Below are positions 35,303 through 46,185 of a DNA stretch of 64,000 bases, piece after piece. The stretch lies in the NCBI GenBank assembly GCA_965240325.2, contig OZ251223.1, positions 310,001 to 374,000 on the forward strand, read 5' to 3'. The position numbers and the translations under genes are program-made. The notes below the pieces were generated by a model that searched no databases, was not told where the DNA came from, and saw only the letters and a list, made by a program, of their open reading frames with translations. This DNA is from Rebecca billardiae RCC1528 (Eukaryota > Protista > Haptophyta). Position 1 is the stretch's first letter; every line of letters begins with the position of its first letter.

Positions 35303-35653
35303 AGCACCCGTGTCACATGTAACTGACTACTGAGTAACTACGGACTGTCTAAGCTAGACTATATATGAGTATGAATGAAGGGTCCTGCGCACGCCTGTCA
35401 CGCGACACGCCGCACACAGCGCGTCAGCGGTCTCGGCGGCTCCGCTGAGCCTGCAGTGGTGGAGCACTGTCAAGTCCAAGCCGAACACTGGAGCGCGCGC
35501 CTCCGTCGCCGCAGCGCCCGCAGCCGGCCTGGGACCGGCCCGCGCCGCTGCCGCCAGTCGGATGCGCAAGCCGGATGGCCCGGTGCCGACCACAGGCGCG
35601 ACACCCGACACGGCCCCATGCGGCTCTTCCCCCAACCCCCGGACCGTGCACGC

Positions 35654-36687
<1,034 letters not shown>

Positions 36688-36924
36688 CTAGGTCCGGGCG
36701 CCCACTCGTGCGGGCTTTTGTCGCGCTGCGCAGCGCGCCCGCCTGCGCAGCGAGCGCCGGCGGCGGGCGGCGGGTGGCCGCCTTCAAAGGGCCAACTGTG
36801 GGCAAAAGATGGATTGGATGGCGGCACCGCCAGTCCGGCGGCGCTTCGCCGCTTCCACGGGCGCCATCCTCGTCTCCTCCGCGTGTTTATCGCCGGGCGG
36901 TTGACGGGAAGGCGGCGCGCTTCC

Positions 36925-38814
36925 ATGGACGGGCTCCGCCAGCGCGGCCTGCTGCGCAGGCCGCACCTGGACCGCACGGCGCTCAAGTTCTCGTTCGAGG
37001 TCCACGTCCACTCGCTCGATCTCAAGCCCCACGTCCGCGCCGGCTCCGTCTCCGTCCTGTGGACGCGCGGCTCGAAGGCGGCGTCGACCGCCGAGGTGGC
37101 CGTGGGCGCCGAGGGGCGCGCGGTCGTGGAGGAGAAGCTGTGCCTGCTGTGCACGCTGTTCCGCGACGAGAGCAAGCAGAGCTACGACCGTAAGCTCTGC
37201 ACCTTCACCGTCGTCCAGCGGCCGGACATCAAGCTCGGCCGCGCGTCGATCGACCTCGCCGAGCACGCGGCCGTGCAGACGAGCGGCGACGGCGACGCGC
37301 CGTTCGAGGTGAGCGTGCAGCGCGGCGGGATCGTGGTGGGCACGCTGCGCGTCTCCATCGCGTCGCGCTGGCTGCAAAGCTACCGCCGCCACGGCCTGCG
37401 CGCCGCGGGCGCGCACGGCGCGGGCGCGGACGTCTCTTCCGTGGGCTCGGGCTCGGCGGGCGCCGGCGGCGGCTTGAGCGACGACGACGACGACGACGAC
37501 ACGGCCGCCAGCGAGAGCGAGTCGGACGGCGGCGGCTCGGAGGCTGGGCTCGATGGTGTCGAGGAGGGCCACCTGGAGGGGCAGGGCCTGCGGGGCGGCT
37601 CGACGCGCCTCAGCTGCGCGCCCGCGTACCGTCGGCCCAGCCCGCGCGCGGCGGCCCCGAGCCTGTTTGCGAGCGCGGGCAGCCTGCAGCTGCCGCCACG
37701 GCGCGAGCGCTCGGCCACCTCCGACGGCTCGCACGCCACCTCGCACGCCGCGGACGCCGAGCTGCAGTCGCAGCTCGCGGAGGAGCGCGCCACCCGCCGC
37801 GCCCTCGAGGCCGAGCTCAGCGCGCACACGCGCCACGCGAGCGCGTCACAGGCGCAGCGGCACGCTCGCGTCGTCGAGCTGCGCCGCACCTCGACCACGG
37901 CGAGCGCGACGGGCGAGGCGGCGCGGCAGGCGGAGCAGACGCAGGCGCTGCGCGAGCGGCTCGCGGAGGCCGAGGCGCGGCACGCCGCCGCCGAGGAGCG
38001 CTGGCGCGACGAGCTCGGCAAGGTGCGGCGCGAGAAGGAGACAGCGCTCGCCGAGCTGCGCCAGATGGCGGCCGAGCGCGAGGCGCAGCTGGCGGGCGAG
38101 CTCTCGCGCGTGGAGGAGACGTTCGGGGAGCGGCTGGCGCGCGCGGAGGAGCAGAAGATGGACGTGTCGCGCCGGCTGGGCAAGACCGCGCGCTCGAAGG
38201 AGTCCATCATCTCGCAGCTCGAGGCGGAGAAGACGATGCTCGAGCTGCGCGCCGACGCGCTCGAGAACGAGCTGTGCGAGGCGCTGGACGCCAAGCGGCG
38301 GCAGTCGGAGCAGACGGCGCAGCTCACGCGCCGCGTGGGCGAGCTCGAGGCCGAGCTGCGCGAGGCGGTGGCGGAGGTCGCGGCGGCGGCGGCGGGCACT
38401 GGCGGCGGCGCTGCGCCGGCCGCGCGCGCGCCGGCCGACGGCCGCCCCGCCGCCGCGCTCGACGCGTCCGAGCTCGAGCACGAGGCAGACTCGCTGCTCG
38501 AGGAGCTCAGCGTGAGCACGTCCGTGCGGGACGCGCTGCGCGACGAGATGGCGAAGCTCGAGCGCGAGCTGGTGGGCGCGAAGCTCGCGCTCGCGCAGGC
38601 GGAGGAGGAGAAGGCGCAGCTCCGGCGCCAGCTCAAGGCGTCGAGAGCGCGACAGCTCGCCGTCGCCGAGCGCATGACCGAGCTCGAGGTCCGGCTCGCG
38701 CGCTCGTTCGACGAGTCGTCCGCAACGGAGGAGCGCATCGCCGAGGCGTTCTCCGGAGTGATCCGAGACCTCGAGGAGCAGCTGCGGGCGGCGCACGCCG
38801 CGCACGCGCGCTGA
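36925..38814 (+). CDS. NT-C2 (EEIG1/EHBP1-type) domain protein with long coiled coil
   Basis: KFSFEVHVHSL, SVLWTRGSK, CTLFRD..YDRK and LGRASIDLAE, followed by an E/R/L/A-rich coiled coil. Confidence 0.8.
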   Translation: MDGLRQRGLLRRPHLDRTALKFSFEVHVHSLDLKPHVRAGSVSVLWTRGSKAASTAEVAVGAEGRAVVEEKLCLLCTLFRDESKQSYDRKLCTFTVVQRPDIKLGRASIDLAEHAAVQTSGDGDAPFEVSVQRGGIVVGTLRVSIASRWLQSYRRHGLRAAGAHGAGADVSSVGSGSAGAGGGLSDDDDDDDTAASESESDGGGSEAGLDGVEEGHLEGQGLRGGSTRLSCAPAYRRPSPRAAAPSLFASAGSLQLPPRRERSATSDGSHATSHAADAELQSQLAEERATRRALEAELSAHTRHASASQAQRHARVVELRRTSTTASATGEAARQAEQTQALRERLAEAEARHAAAEERWRDELGKVRREKETALAELRQMAAEREAQLAGELSRVEETFGERLARAEEQKMDVSRRLGKTARSKESIISQLEAEKTMLELRADALENELCEALDAKRRQSEQTAQLTRRVGELEAELREAVAEVAAAAAGTGGGAAPAARAPADGRPAAALDASELEHEADSLLEELSVSTSVRDALRDEMAKLERELVGAKLALAQAEEEKAQLRRQLKASRARQLAVAERMTELEVRLARSFDESSATEERIAEAFSGVIRDLEEQLRAAHAAHAR

Positions 38815-39024
38815 GGGCGCGGTAGGTCGCGCTCGCCCCATCACCAAGCTCTGTCCATGGACTGCAGAGTACAGTCTGCTCTCATCATCTAAGCAGCAGG
38901 CGCTCGTCTTCGCGGGCCACCGGCGGCGGCCGGCCGGCGACCCAGACCCAGTAGTTTCACTACTGTTTAACCGTACTGTCGTAGCTATCATTAAGCTACT
39001 AGCAGCTAAGTGGATCGTCTATCA

Positions 39025-39060
<36 letters not shown>

Positions 39061-39097
39061 GACGAGCATATATATATTTATTAAATATATATATATA
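39025..39097. repeat. (TA)n/(CA)n microsatellite
   Basis: Directly visible. Confidence 0.9.
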
Positions 39098-39186
39098 GTC
39101 TTATAGATGACTGCCGCCCGCTACTGACAGTCTGACTGCTGACTCAGCTTCGGAGGCAGCCTGCGGGCCCGTGTTGCGTGTACTAA

Positions 39187-39903
39187 TCAGGCGGCACCAT
39201 CACGCGGATCCGCCGGAGCACAGCCGAGATAACGTGCGACCGCAATCGAATCCGTCGCGACGGCGAAGTAGCACGGCGCGGTGATGAGGTTCAAGCCAGT
39301 CCAGTACTCGGCGGAGGGCCCCACGGCCACGTCTGCACGGCCCACGACGGACAGCAGGCTCTGCATAGGGAAGTAGTCTGGATGCAAATAGTGCCACCAG
39401 TGGCCTCCCCACATCAGCGGGATCTCCGCCACAGGGCCGCCGACAGACACGATAGCAGCAATCAGTAGGGTCGAGAGAGAGCCGTCCAGCAAGCGCCACT
39501 GGAGAAGCGCGACGGCTAGAAGAGCGCCAGTGCCCGGAAGCGCGGGCAGTGCGCTCACTGATTCGCTCAGCTTGACAATGAGAGCCGTCGTGACAACGGC
39601 TGCTGCCGCGCGCTCCACATCGGATAGGCCTCGCACGCTGGGGCCCGGACCGGGTGCCAGCCCCACGAATCGCGCGACCGCACGTGGTAGAATGCTGCCG
39701 ATGACCGCATACGCGATCGCGAGAAGCCCGGGGACGAGCGCAGACGTCGCCGCGACGCCGAGGCCCAGGTCGACGCGCACAGGCAGAACGTCATACTGCA
39801 GGAGGGCCTGGTTGTGGAGGGCGTCGACGCACGGGCCTACGACGCCGCCGAAGCACGCAAGCTTGCCCAACGCCGAGTAGTCCAGTGGGATCGGGCGCCG
39901 CAT
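39187..39903 (-). CDS. Multi-pass membrane protein, INSIG/DUF2878-like (start uncertain)
   Basis: GPCVDALHNQALLQYD, GGPVAEIPL..WHYLHPDYF and APCYF; about 6 hydrophobic helices. Confidence 0.6.
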   Translation of the reverse strand: MRRPIPLDYSALGKLACFGGVVGPCVDALHNQALLQYDVLPVRVDLGLGVAATSALVPGLLAIAYAVIGSILPRAVARFVGLAPGPGPSVRGLSDVERAAAAVVTTALIVKLSESVSALPALPGTGALLAVALLQWRLLDGSLSTLLIAAIVSVGGPVAEIPLMWGGHWWHYLHPDYFPMQSLLSVVGRADVAVGPSAEYWTGLNLITAPCYFAVATDSIAVARYLGCAPADPRDGAA

Positions 39904-40042
39904 GGACAGCCGCCTGATCTCGGCGGCCGCGAGCCGATGACGGATTCGTTGGGATGCACGCCGGCGACGACGACGACCTCCAGACCTCCCGCTTTTTTTG
40001 GTCCACGATGGCTGCTCGGCCGCCGCGCCCACAAGCGAGGCC

Positions 40043-41047
40043 ATGAGCGAGACCATCGTGGTCCTGCATGGGCTGGCCCGGGTGCCAGAACTCAACGGCT
40101 CGCATGCAGCAGTCATTGGCGAGCTCGTAGACGACGCCGACGCCGACGCACGCGTCCCTGTCCGAGTCATCTGGCCTGCTCGCGACGATGCCGACGTGCT
40201 CGTGCGTCGACGGCACCTACGGCCCCGCTCGCGCTTCGAACGAACGCCACCGACGCTTGCTCACTGTCGGCTTCCGCGGACTCTTCAGCCGGTGCTCTAC
40301 GAGCCCTCGCGCGACGGACACGAAACCAACCTGCTCATCGTGTTGCACGGGGTCGGTGATGCTGCCACCAATTTTATCGAGTTCGGTCGGCGGCTTCAGC
40401 TACCTCAGACCAGCCTGCTCGCTCTCACCGCCCCCATGCCGCTGCCGTGCGGCATCAGCGGGAGCTCGTGGGTGGCGACTTTCGAGGACGACGGCTCTCT
40501 GCTCGAGCGCACGCTGAAACCGGGCGACCGCCGGCGTCTCGACGGCCTCACACGCACTCGCTCCGCGCTTCTCGAGCTCGTGACTGTCCTCGAGCGATGC
40601 AACTGGCGTCGCTCGGAGCTCTTCCTGCTCGGGTTCTCGCAGGGCGCAGATGTCGCGCTGGACCTCGCGACGCGCACCCCCGCCCCGACGCTCGGCGGGG
40701 TGGTCGGCCTCTCGTGCGCGTGTGTGCTCGCTGAGGACCGCGTGGATCGCGAGCCTGTGGGTAGTGGGCCGCGTGCAGCGACGCCCATCTTGACGATGCA
40801 CGGCTCAGCCGATGATGTGGTCACGATCGAGCGCGCTCGGGAAGGTGCCGAGTTCCTCGCGGCACGCCTCGCAGACCGCTCGCTGCATACCTTCGTCGAG
40901 CTGCGCGGGGCGGGGCACTCCACCCCGCGCTCTGCTGAGCATGCGCGACCGCTCCATGCTTGGCTCGCACAGCATCTCGCATGTCGCTCGCTTGCACTCG
41001 AGCAAGATGCTGATGTGGTCGAGCTCTCGGCGGGCGGCGCCTCATAG
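40043..41047 (+). CDS. Phospholipase/carboxylesterase (abhydrolase_2; acyl-protein thioesterase-like)
   Basis: LHGVGD, GFSQG nucleophile motif, HGSADDVV, GAGH. Confidence 0.85.
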   Translation: MSETIVVLHGLARVPELNGSHAAVIGELVDDADADARVPVRVIWPARDDADVLVRRRHLRPRSRFERTPPTLAHCRLPRTLQPVLYEPSRDGHETNLLIVLHGVGDAATNFIEFGRRLQLPQTSLLALTAPMPLPCGISGSSWVATFEDDGSLLERTLKPGDRRRLDGLTRTRSALLELVTVLERCNWRRSELFLLGFSQGADVALDLATRTPAPTLGGVVGLSCACVLAEDRVDREPVGSGPRAATPILTMHGSADDVVTIERAREGAEFLAARLADRSLHTFVELRGAGHSTPRSAEHARPLHAWLAQHLACRSLALEQDADVVELSAGGAS

Positions 41048-41216
41048 CGTGGCCGCCCACGGTCAGTGGTCACCGGAGGAAACGGCGGCCTGCTGAGTAA
41101 GAACAATTATGTCGTTATATATATATATACTGCTATACTTATCCTTTTATTACTTTTTAGTTTGAATCGTCCGCGCCGGTCCCGGACGGGTTATATATAC
41201 AATCTTTGATGTCTTG

Positions 41217-41242
41217 TATATGTGTGTGTGTGTGTGTGTGTG

Positions 41243-41320
<78 letters not shown>
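41217..41320. repeat. Compound (TG)n(TA)(GA)n microsatellite
   Basis: Directly visible. Confidence 0.97.
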
Positions 41321-41323
<3 letters not shown>

Positions 41324-41462
41324 TGTCACGTCAGCTGTATTGCCGTTTTGGAAAGTGTGGTCAGGTGTATTGCCAAGCGCACGTTTTGACTACCGTGGTC
41401 AGTTGTATTGCCGTTTTCCATGTTTGGGAATCACGTGTCAATCTTGTTGCCAACGTCGAATA

Positions 41463-42240
41463 CAGGGGTCTCAACAATTAGCTGTATCTCTGTTTGTGCC
41501 ACTGGACAGGCATGTGAGCACTTGATTGCCTGGCTAGATGTGGTCTAGCACAGCCCACTCCCTGACCATTCTGACGAGTGGGTGGCTGCTTGGCCAGCTC
41601 TCCATGCTGGGCTGTGGTGCCATCCAGAGTGCGCATGTGCAGCAGCCCAGGTGGGTGCAGCGAGGGGTGCGGCAGGCAGCAGTGGGTGGTCAGCTTGAAA
41701 ATCCATGCAGGCCAGCCACCAGCAGCTGGGCTGCAGAGCTCTTGGCTGCACCAGCCCCACTCCAGCCCCCTCAAGTCGGGTGGCTGGCCACCCTCGGGGT
41801 GTGTCAGCGGGTGCTGCTGCTGGCCTCCCAGTGCAGGGGAGCTGACCCGACAGGTCCTTGCGCAGGTGGGGGTGCGGGATTGGGCACTGTGCCACAGCAG
41901 CTGCATCCCATGAGCTCCCCCCCAGGTGGCATGCAGCCCACCCTAGGGGGTACCAGATCCACTGCCAAGCACAATTTAGGCCTGGCCTGTGTGGGCACAC
42001 GGCCCGCGACCAGTGACGACAAGCCTGCGGCAGGATCTGGCCAGCTGCGACAGGCTGTACGCCTGCAGCCGTGTGACCTGCTGGTGTGCCCAACTCCAGC
42101 CCACGCGCGCTGGGGCTGACGCGCTGGGTCGAAACCGTCGTGCACGGGCCGTGGGGGCCGCCTGGGTCAGCCCAGGGGGGCAGGGTGAGCAGTGGCGTGC
42201 AGCTCAGTCAGAATGTGACGTTTAATTGTTGAGACCCCTG
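41463..42240. mobile_element. 778-bp TIR element, copy 1
   Basis: TIR CAGGGGTCTCAACAATTA; appears identical to 43774-44551 (ORF track identical at offset 2311). Confidence 0.9.
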
Positions 42241-43085
42241 TGCCAGTAGAACAAGCCAGGCATGGATAGGCACCATGGCTTTGTGGGTGATCCGCCACCA
42301 TGTTGGTAGGACGGAATGCAAGCCTGCTTTCGTGCGAGAAGACCTAGATCTTCTGCAGCACACTGCTTTGTTTTGTTCAAGGATTGCTCTCACGGTTGGT
42401 GCGAGAGGGCTACGGCAGGGGTGATTCTGCCCCTGGGGAGGCAGGGGGCAGGGCCTGGCAGTCGTACAACGCCAAGTTGGGCCCATGAGTCCCTGCAGTG
42501 CGCTGATTTGAGCACGGAAACATCCGCCAGGGCTGGTACAGCCATGCCTGGCAACGCCGCCCGAGTGCGGCTGCCATCGCAGGGGTCCATGCGGCGGCTG
42601 ACTTTGGCAGCTCGCTGCTGGCGGCTGGAACTCTCGCGCCCGAATCAAGCTCAAAGTCTCGATTCCGACAGGCGTCGGGTCGGCCTTCCGAAGCAGCTTC
42701 CGGGCGTGATGCGTTCGCTCGACTCGGAAAGGCGTTTTGCGGGCCCGCCGGATTCGCGGGCAAACGCAAACAGTTTGGCCGGCCGCTACCATGCCACCCC
42801 GAAAGGTGGCCGGTGGGCGGCCACTGGCGGGCGCAACTCGCGCGATGGTGAAGCCCACGCTCATTACGTGCCTGATGGTGGCCAAGCCAGGTGGCAAGAA
42901 GAGGAGGCACCTTGGTCAGCCCGTGACGGTGCTCACAAGCACCAGCTGGCCCTGGCCAGTACACCCCATATGAGGGGCCAAGGCCATCATCACCTACCTC
43001 ATGCAGATGCAGGTGTCCACCCCTAAGATGTTGGCACCAAGTTCGGCTTCACTGCCCTGCAATGCAGGGCGTGGCACAAGAAGCA

Positions 43086-43623
43086 GGCCTGGCGTGTCGT
43101 ACGCGACCCGTGCGGGCCGCCCAGGCCGAACGGCAGCCCCTCTTCCATCGCCTAGCCCGAGCCCAGGTGCTACGTCTGCCCTGCGGCCAGTGGGAGCCAG
43201 TGGGGTGGCCCACGGCTGGCTGTGCAGCGCTATGAGCGGTGCCAGACCAGCTAGATAATGGGCAGGATCGGGCCTGGCGTGTCGTACGCGACCCGTACGG
43301 GCCGCCCAGGCCGAACAGCAGCCCCGGTTTCATCACCTAGCCCGAGCCCAGATGCTACGTCTGCCCTGCGGCCAGTGGGCGCCAGTGCGGGTGGCCCACG
43401 GCTGGCTGTGCAGCAGCTATGAGCGGTGCCAAACCAGCTAGATGATGGGCAGGATCGGGCCTGGCGTGTCGTACGCGACCCGTACGGGCCGCCTGGGCCG
43501 AACGGCAGCCCCGGTTTCATCACCTAGCCCGAGCCCAGATGCTACGTCTGCCCTGCTGCCAGTGGGCGCCAGTGGGGTGGCCCACGGCTGGCTGTGCAGC
43601 CGCTATGAGCGGTGCCAGACCAG
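43086..43623. repeat. About 186-bp tandem repeat x3
   Basis: GGCCTGGCGTGTCGTACGCGACCCGT at 43086, 43271 and 43458. Confidence 0.92.
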
Positions 43624-43773
43624 CGAGGTTGCCGGTCAGATCGAGCTGGGCTGGTCCCTAGTGGCATCTTTCACAGGTCTGGCGTGACATGCGCAGCTGC
43701 TCTTGCTCATAAGAGCCATTGTTGGGCTCCTGCTGAGCCTGGGTGATGATGTGCAAGTGCATCCGACCCCGCA

Positions 43774-44551
43774 CAGGGGTCTCAACAATTAGCTGTATCT
43801 CTGTTTGTGCCACTGGACAGGCATGTGAGCACTTGATTGCCTGGCTAGATGTGGTCTAGCACAGCCCACTCCCTGACCATTCTGACGAGTGGGTGGCTGC
43901 TTGGCCAGCTCTCCATGCTGGGCTGTGGTGCCATCCAGAGTGCGCATGTGCAGCAGCCCAGGTGGGTGCAGCGAGGGGTGCGGCAGGCAGCAGTGGGTGG
44001 TCAGCTTGAAAATCCATGCAGGCCAGCCACCAGCAGCTGGGCTGCAGAGCTCTTGGCTGCACCAGCCCCACTCCAGCCCCCTCAAGTCGGGTGGCTGGCC
44101 ACCCTCGGGGTGTGTCAGCGGGTGCTGCTGCTGGCCTCCCAGTGCAGGGGAGCTGACCCGACAGGTCCTTGCGCAGGTGGGGGTGCGGGATTGGGCACTG
44201 TGCCACAGCAGCTGCATCCCATGAGCTCCCCCCCAGGTGGCATGCAGCCCACCCTAGGGGGTACCAGATCCACTGCCAAGCACAATTTAGGCCTGGCCTG
44301 TGTGGGCACACGGCCCGCGACCAGTGACGACAAGCCTGCGGCAGGATCTGGCCAGCTGCGACAGGCTGTACGCCTGCAGCCGTGTGACCTGCTGGTGTGC
44401 CCAACTCCAGCCCACGCGCGCTGGGGCTGACGCGCTGGGTCGAAACCGTCGTGCACGGGCCGTGGGGGCCGCCTGGGTCAGCCCAGGGGGGCAGGGTGAG
44501 CAGTGGCGTGCAGCTCAGTCAGAATGTGACGTTTAATTGTTGAGACCCCTG
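43774..44551. mobile_element. 778-bp TIR element, copy 2 (direct orientation)
   Basis: Same TIRs as copy 1; followed by TA. Confidence 0.9.
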
Positions 44552-46118
44552 TACTTGTGTCAGGTGTATTGCCGTGGATGATGGCCCAATACTTTGTCCA
44601 GCTGTATTGCCGTCGCGTAGTGTGGGTCAGTTGTGTTGCCGTTTGCGCATCTTTGATTCAGGTTTGTTGCCGCGATCGCCCACGCGCTGATGATGGCGCT
44701 GGCGCCCACGCGTCGCCGGCGTGCGCGGCGTGCCCTTGAGCAGGCCTAGCTGATCCCAGGCCAGAAGAGTGACGTTCAACGACGACGATCTCTGCCGGGG
44801 TAGCGCCGTGTTCCTCGACATCATCAAGCCGAACGACGAGCTGAACCGTGGACCGGAATCTGCACAAACGCTTCCGCATGCGCGCGCAGTGCAACACGCG
44901 CGTGCACCTCGGGCTACTCGCCGTCTACGCGGAGACGGGCGAGAATCCGTCGCGACTTCTATTGAATCGGCGTTGCTCCGTGCTCACTTCGACTCCGGGA
45001 CCGTCAAGCGCGCAGTCGATGACATTGCGACGGCAGCGCATGCAGGTGCATGCGTGAAGCAGGGTGAGTGAGCGTGAGTTGCCGCGCCCCAATTCGCGGG
45101 AGTCGAACGTGCACGACGGGCGTGTGCTCTTCAACGGCCTCAAGGAGCTTGACTAACGCGACGCGCGTCCCCCTCACTGCCTGCCATCGACTGTCATTCA
45201 CACCGTGGCGATCAACCAACGCGCGTCGCTCTCGCTCGTGCAACACTGCTGGCGCGTGCCTTTTTGCGATTGTCATCACTCCAACAGCAGACCGCCCTGT
45301 GGTCAACCGTGTGCAGGTGGCTGACCGTGCGCCAGTCGCACTCGTCAACGCAGGCTGATTGGCCCGTGGAGGAGGAAGTCCAAGGCGTACTGCCAGCTGG
45401 GACACAACGCACCGACCGGCGGGCGGTGCGCCGCGCGCGCCTCGACGAGCCAGCAAGCAGGCGGGGCAGGCGACGCTTCCTGCTGCTGCTGGAACCCGAG
45501 TGGCAGGCTTGGCGAGCGCGGTCGCAGCTTGAGGCGGCGCGTGCAGCGGCACGGGACGCGATGCGATGCGGCTCACATGGCCGCTGAAGTAGCAGCAGTC
45601 CCGATGGCGCTGGCGGCCGGCCGCCGGCGGGCGGCAAGCGCGACGGCGACGGGAAGCGCCGACTGCTACTGGAAGTCAAGATGAGCTACGCAGGCCGCAT
45701 GATGATGGCATGTCGGTTGGTTGCAGTCGCGTATCCTGCATGCCGCGCGCAGGCAGTCGCAGCTCTGCACGCACGCGCACACGGGCTGCGCGAGTCTCTT
45801 GTCTGAGTGCGAGTCGTGCCCCAGCCACCAGCTGCTGGCGGCAATACATCTGACACATAGTTATGGAAAGGGCAATATTTCTGAGCAGACTATGTTCAAG
45901 CTAGAAAACGGCCATATTCGTGAACCAAGTAGTGTGAAAGGGTCATTGGTTTGAAACCAGTATTTGAGGGGCAATATTGTTGGCACACTATCCAAAAGCG
46001 GCAATATTCTTGACCCATACTACTGAAAACGGCAATACAACTGACCACGGTAGTCATAACGTGCTTTTGGCAATACAACTGACCACACTATCCAAAGCGG
46101 CAATACAACTGACGTCGA

Positions 46119-46121
<3 letters not shown>

Positions 46122-46182
<61 letters not shown>
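46122..46182. repeat. (TA)n microsatellite
   Basis: Directly visible. Confidence 0.97.
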
Positions 46183-46185
46183 CAT

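Larger units (their letters stand above)
41321..46121. mobile_element. Non-autonomous long-TIR element (Mutator/foldback-like) between microsatellites, with arrays of GTCAGTTGTATTGCC sub-repeats
   Basis: 41325-41420 is the reverse complement of about 46025-46119. The left array resumes at 44552-44670 after a nested insertion. Confidence 0.75.

Noticed and set aside
41463-44551. LTR retrotransposon/TRIM reading of the 778-bp direct repeats
   Set aside because: The repeats end CA...TG with 18-bp TIRs and a TA target, not TG...CA with a 4-6 bp TSD. No PBS, PPT or gag-pol was seen.
45830-46119. GGCAATA repeats with variable linkers resembling a CRISPR array
   Set aside because: The repeats are short and degenerate, the linkers are related to one another, and the array is mirrored at 41325-44670 as a TIR. 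The context is eukaryotic with no cas genes.
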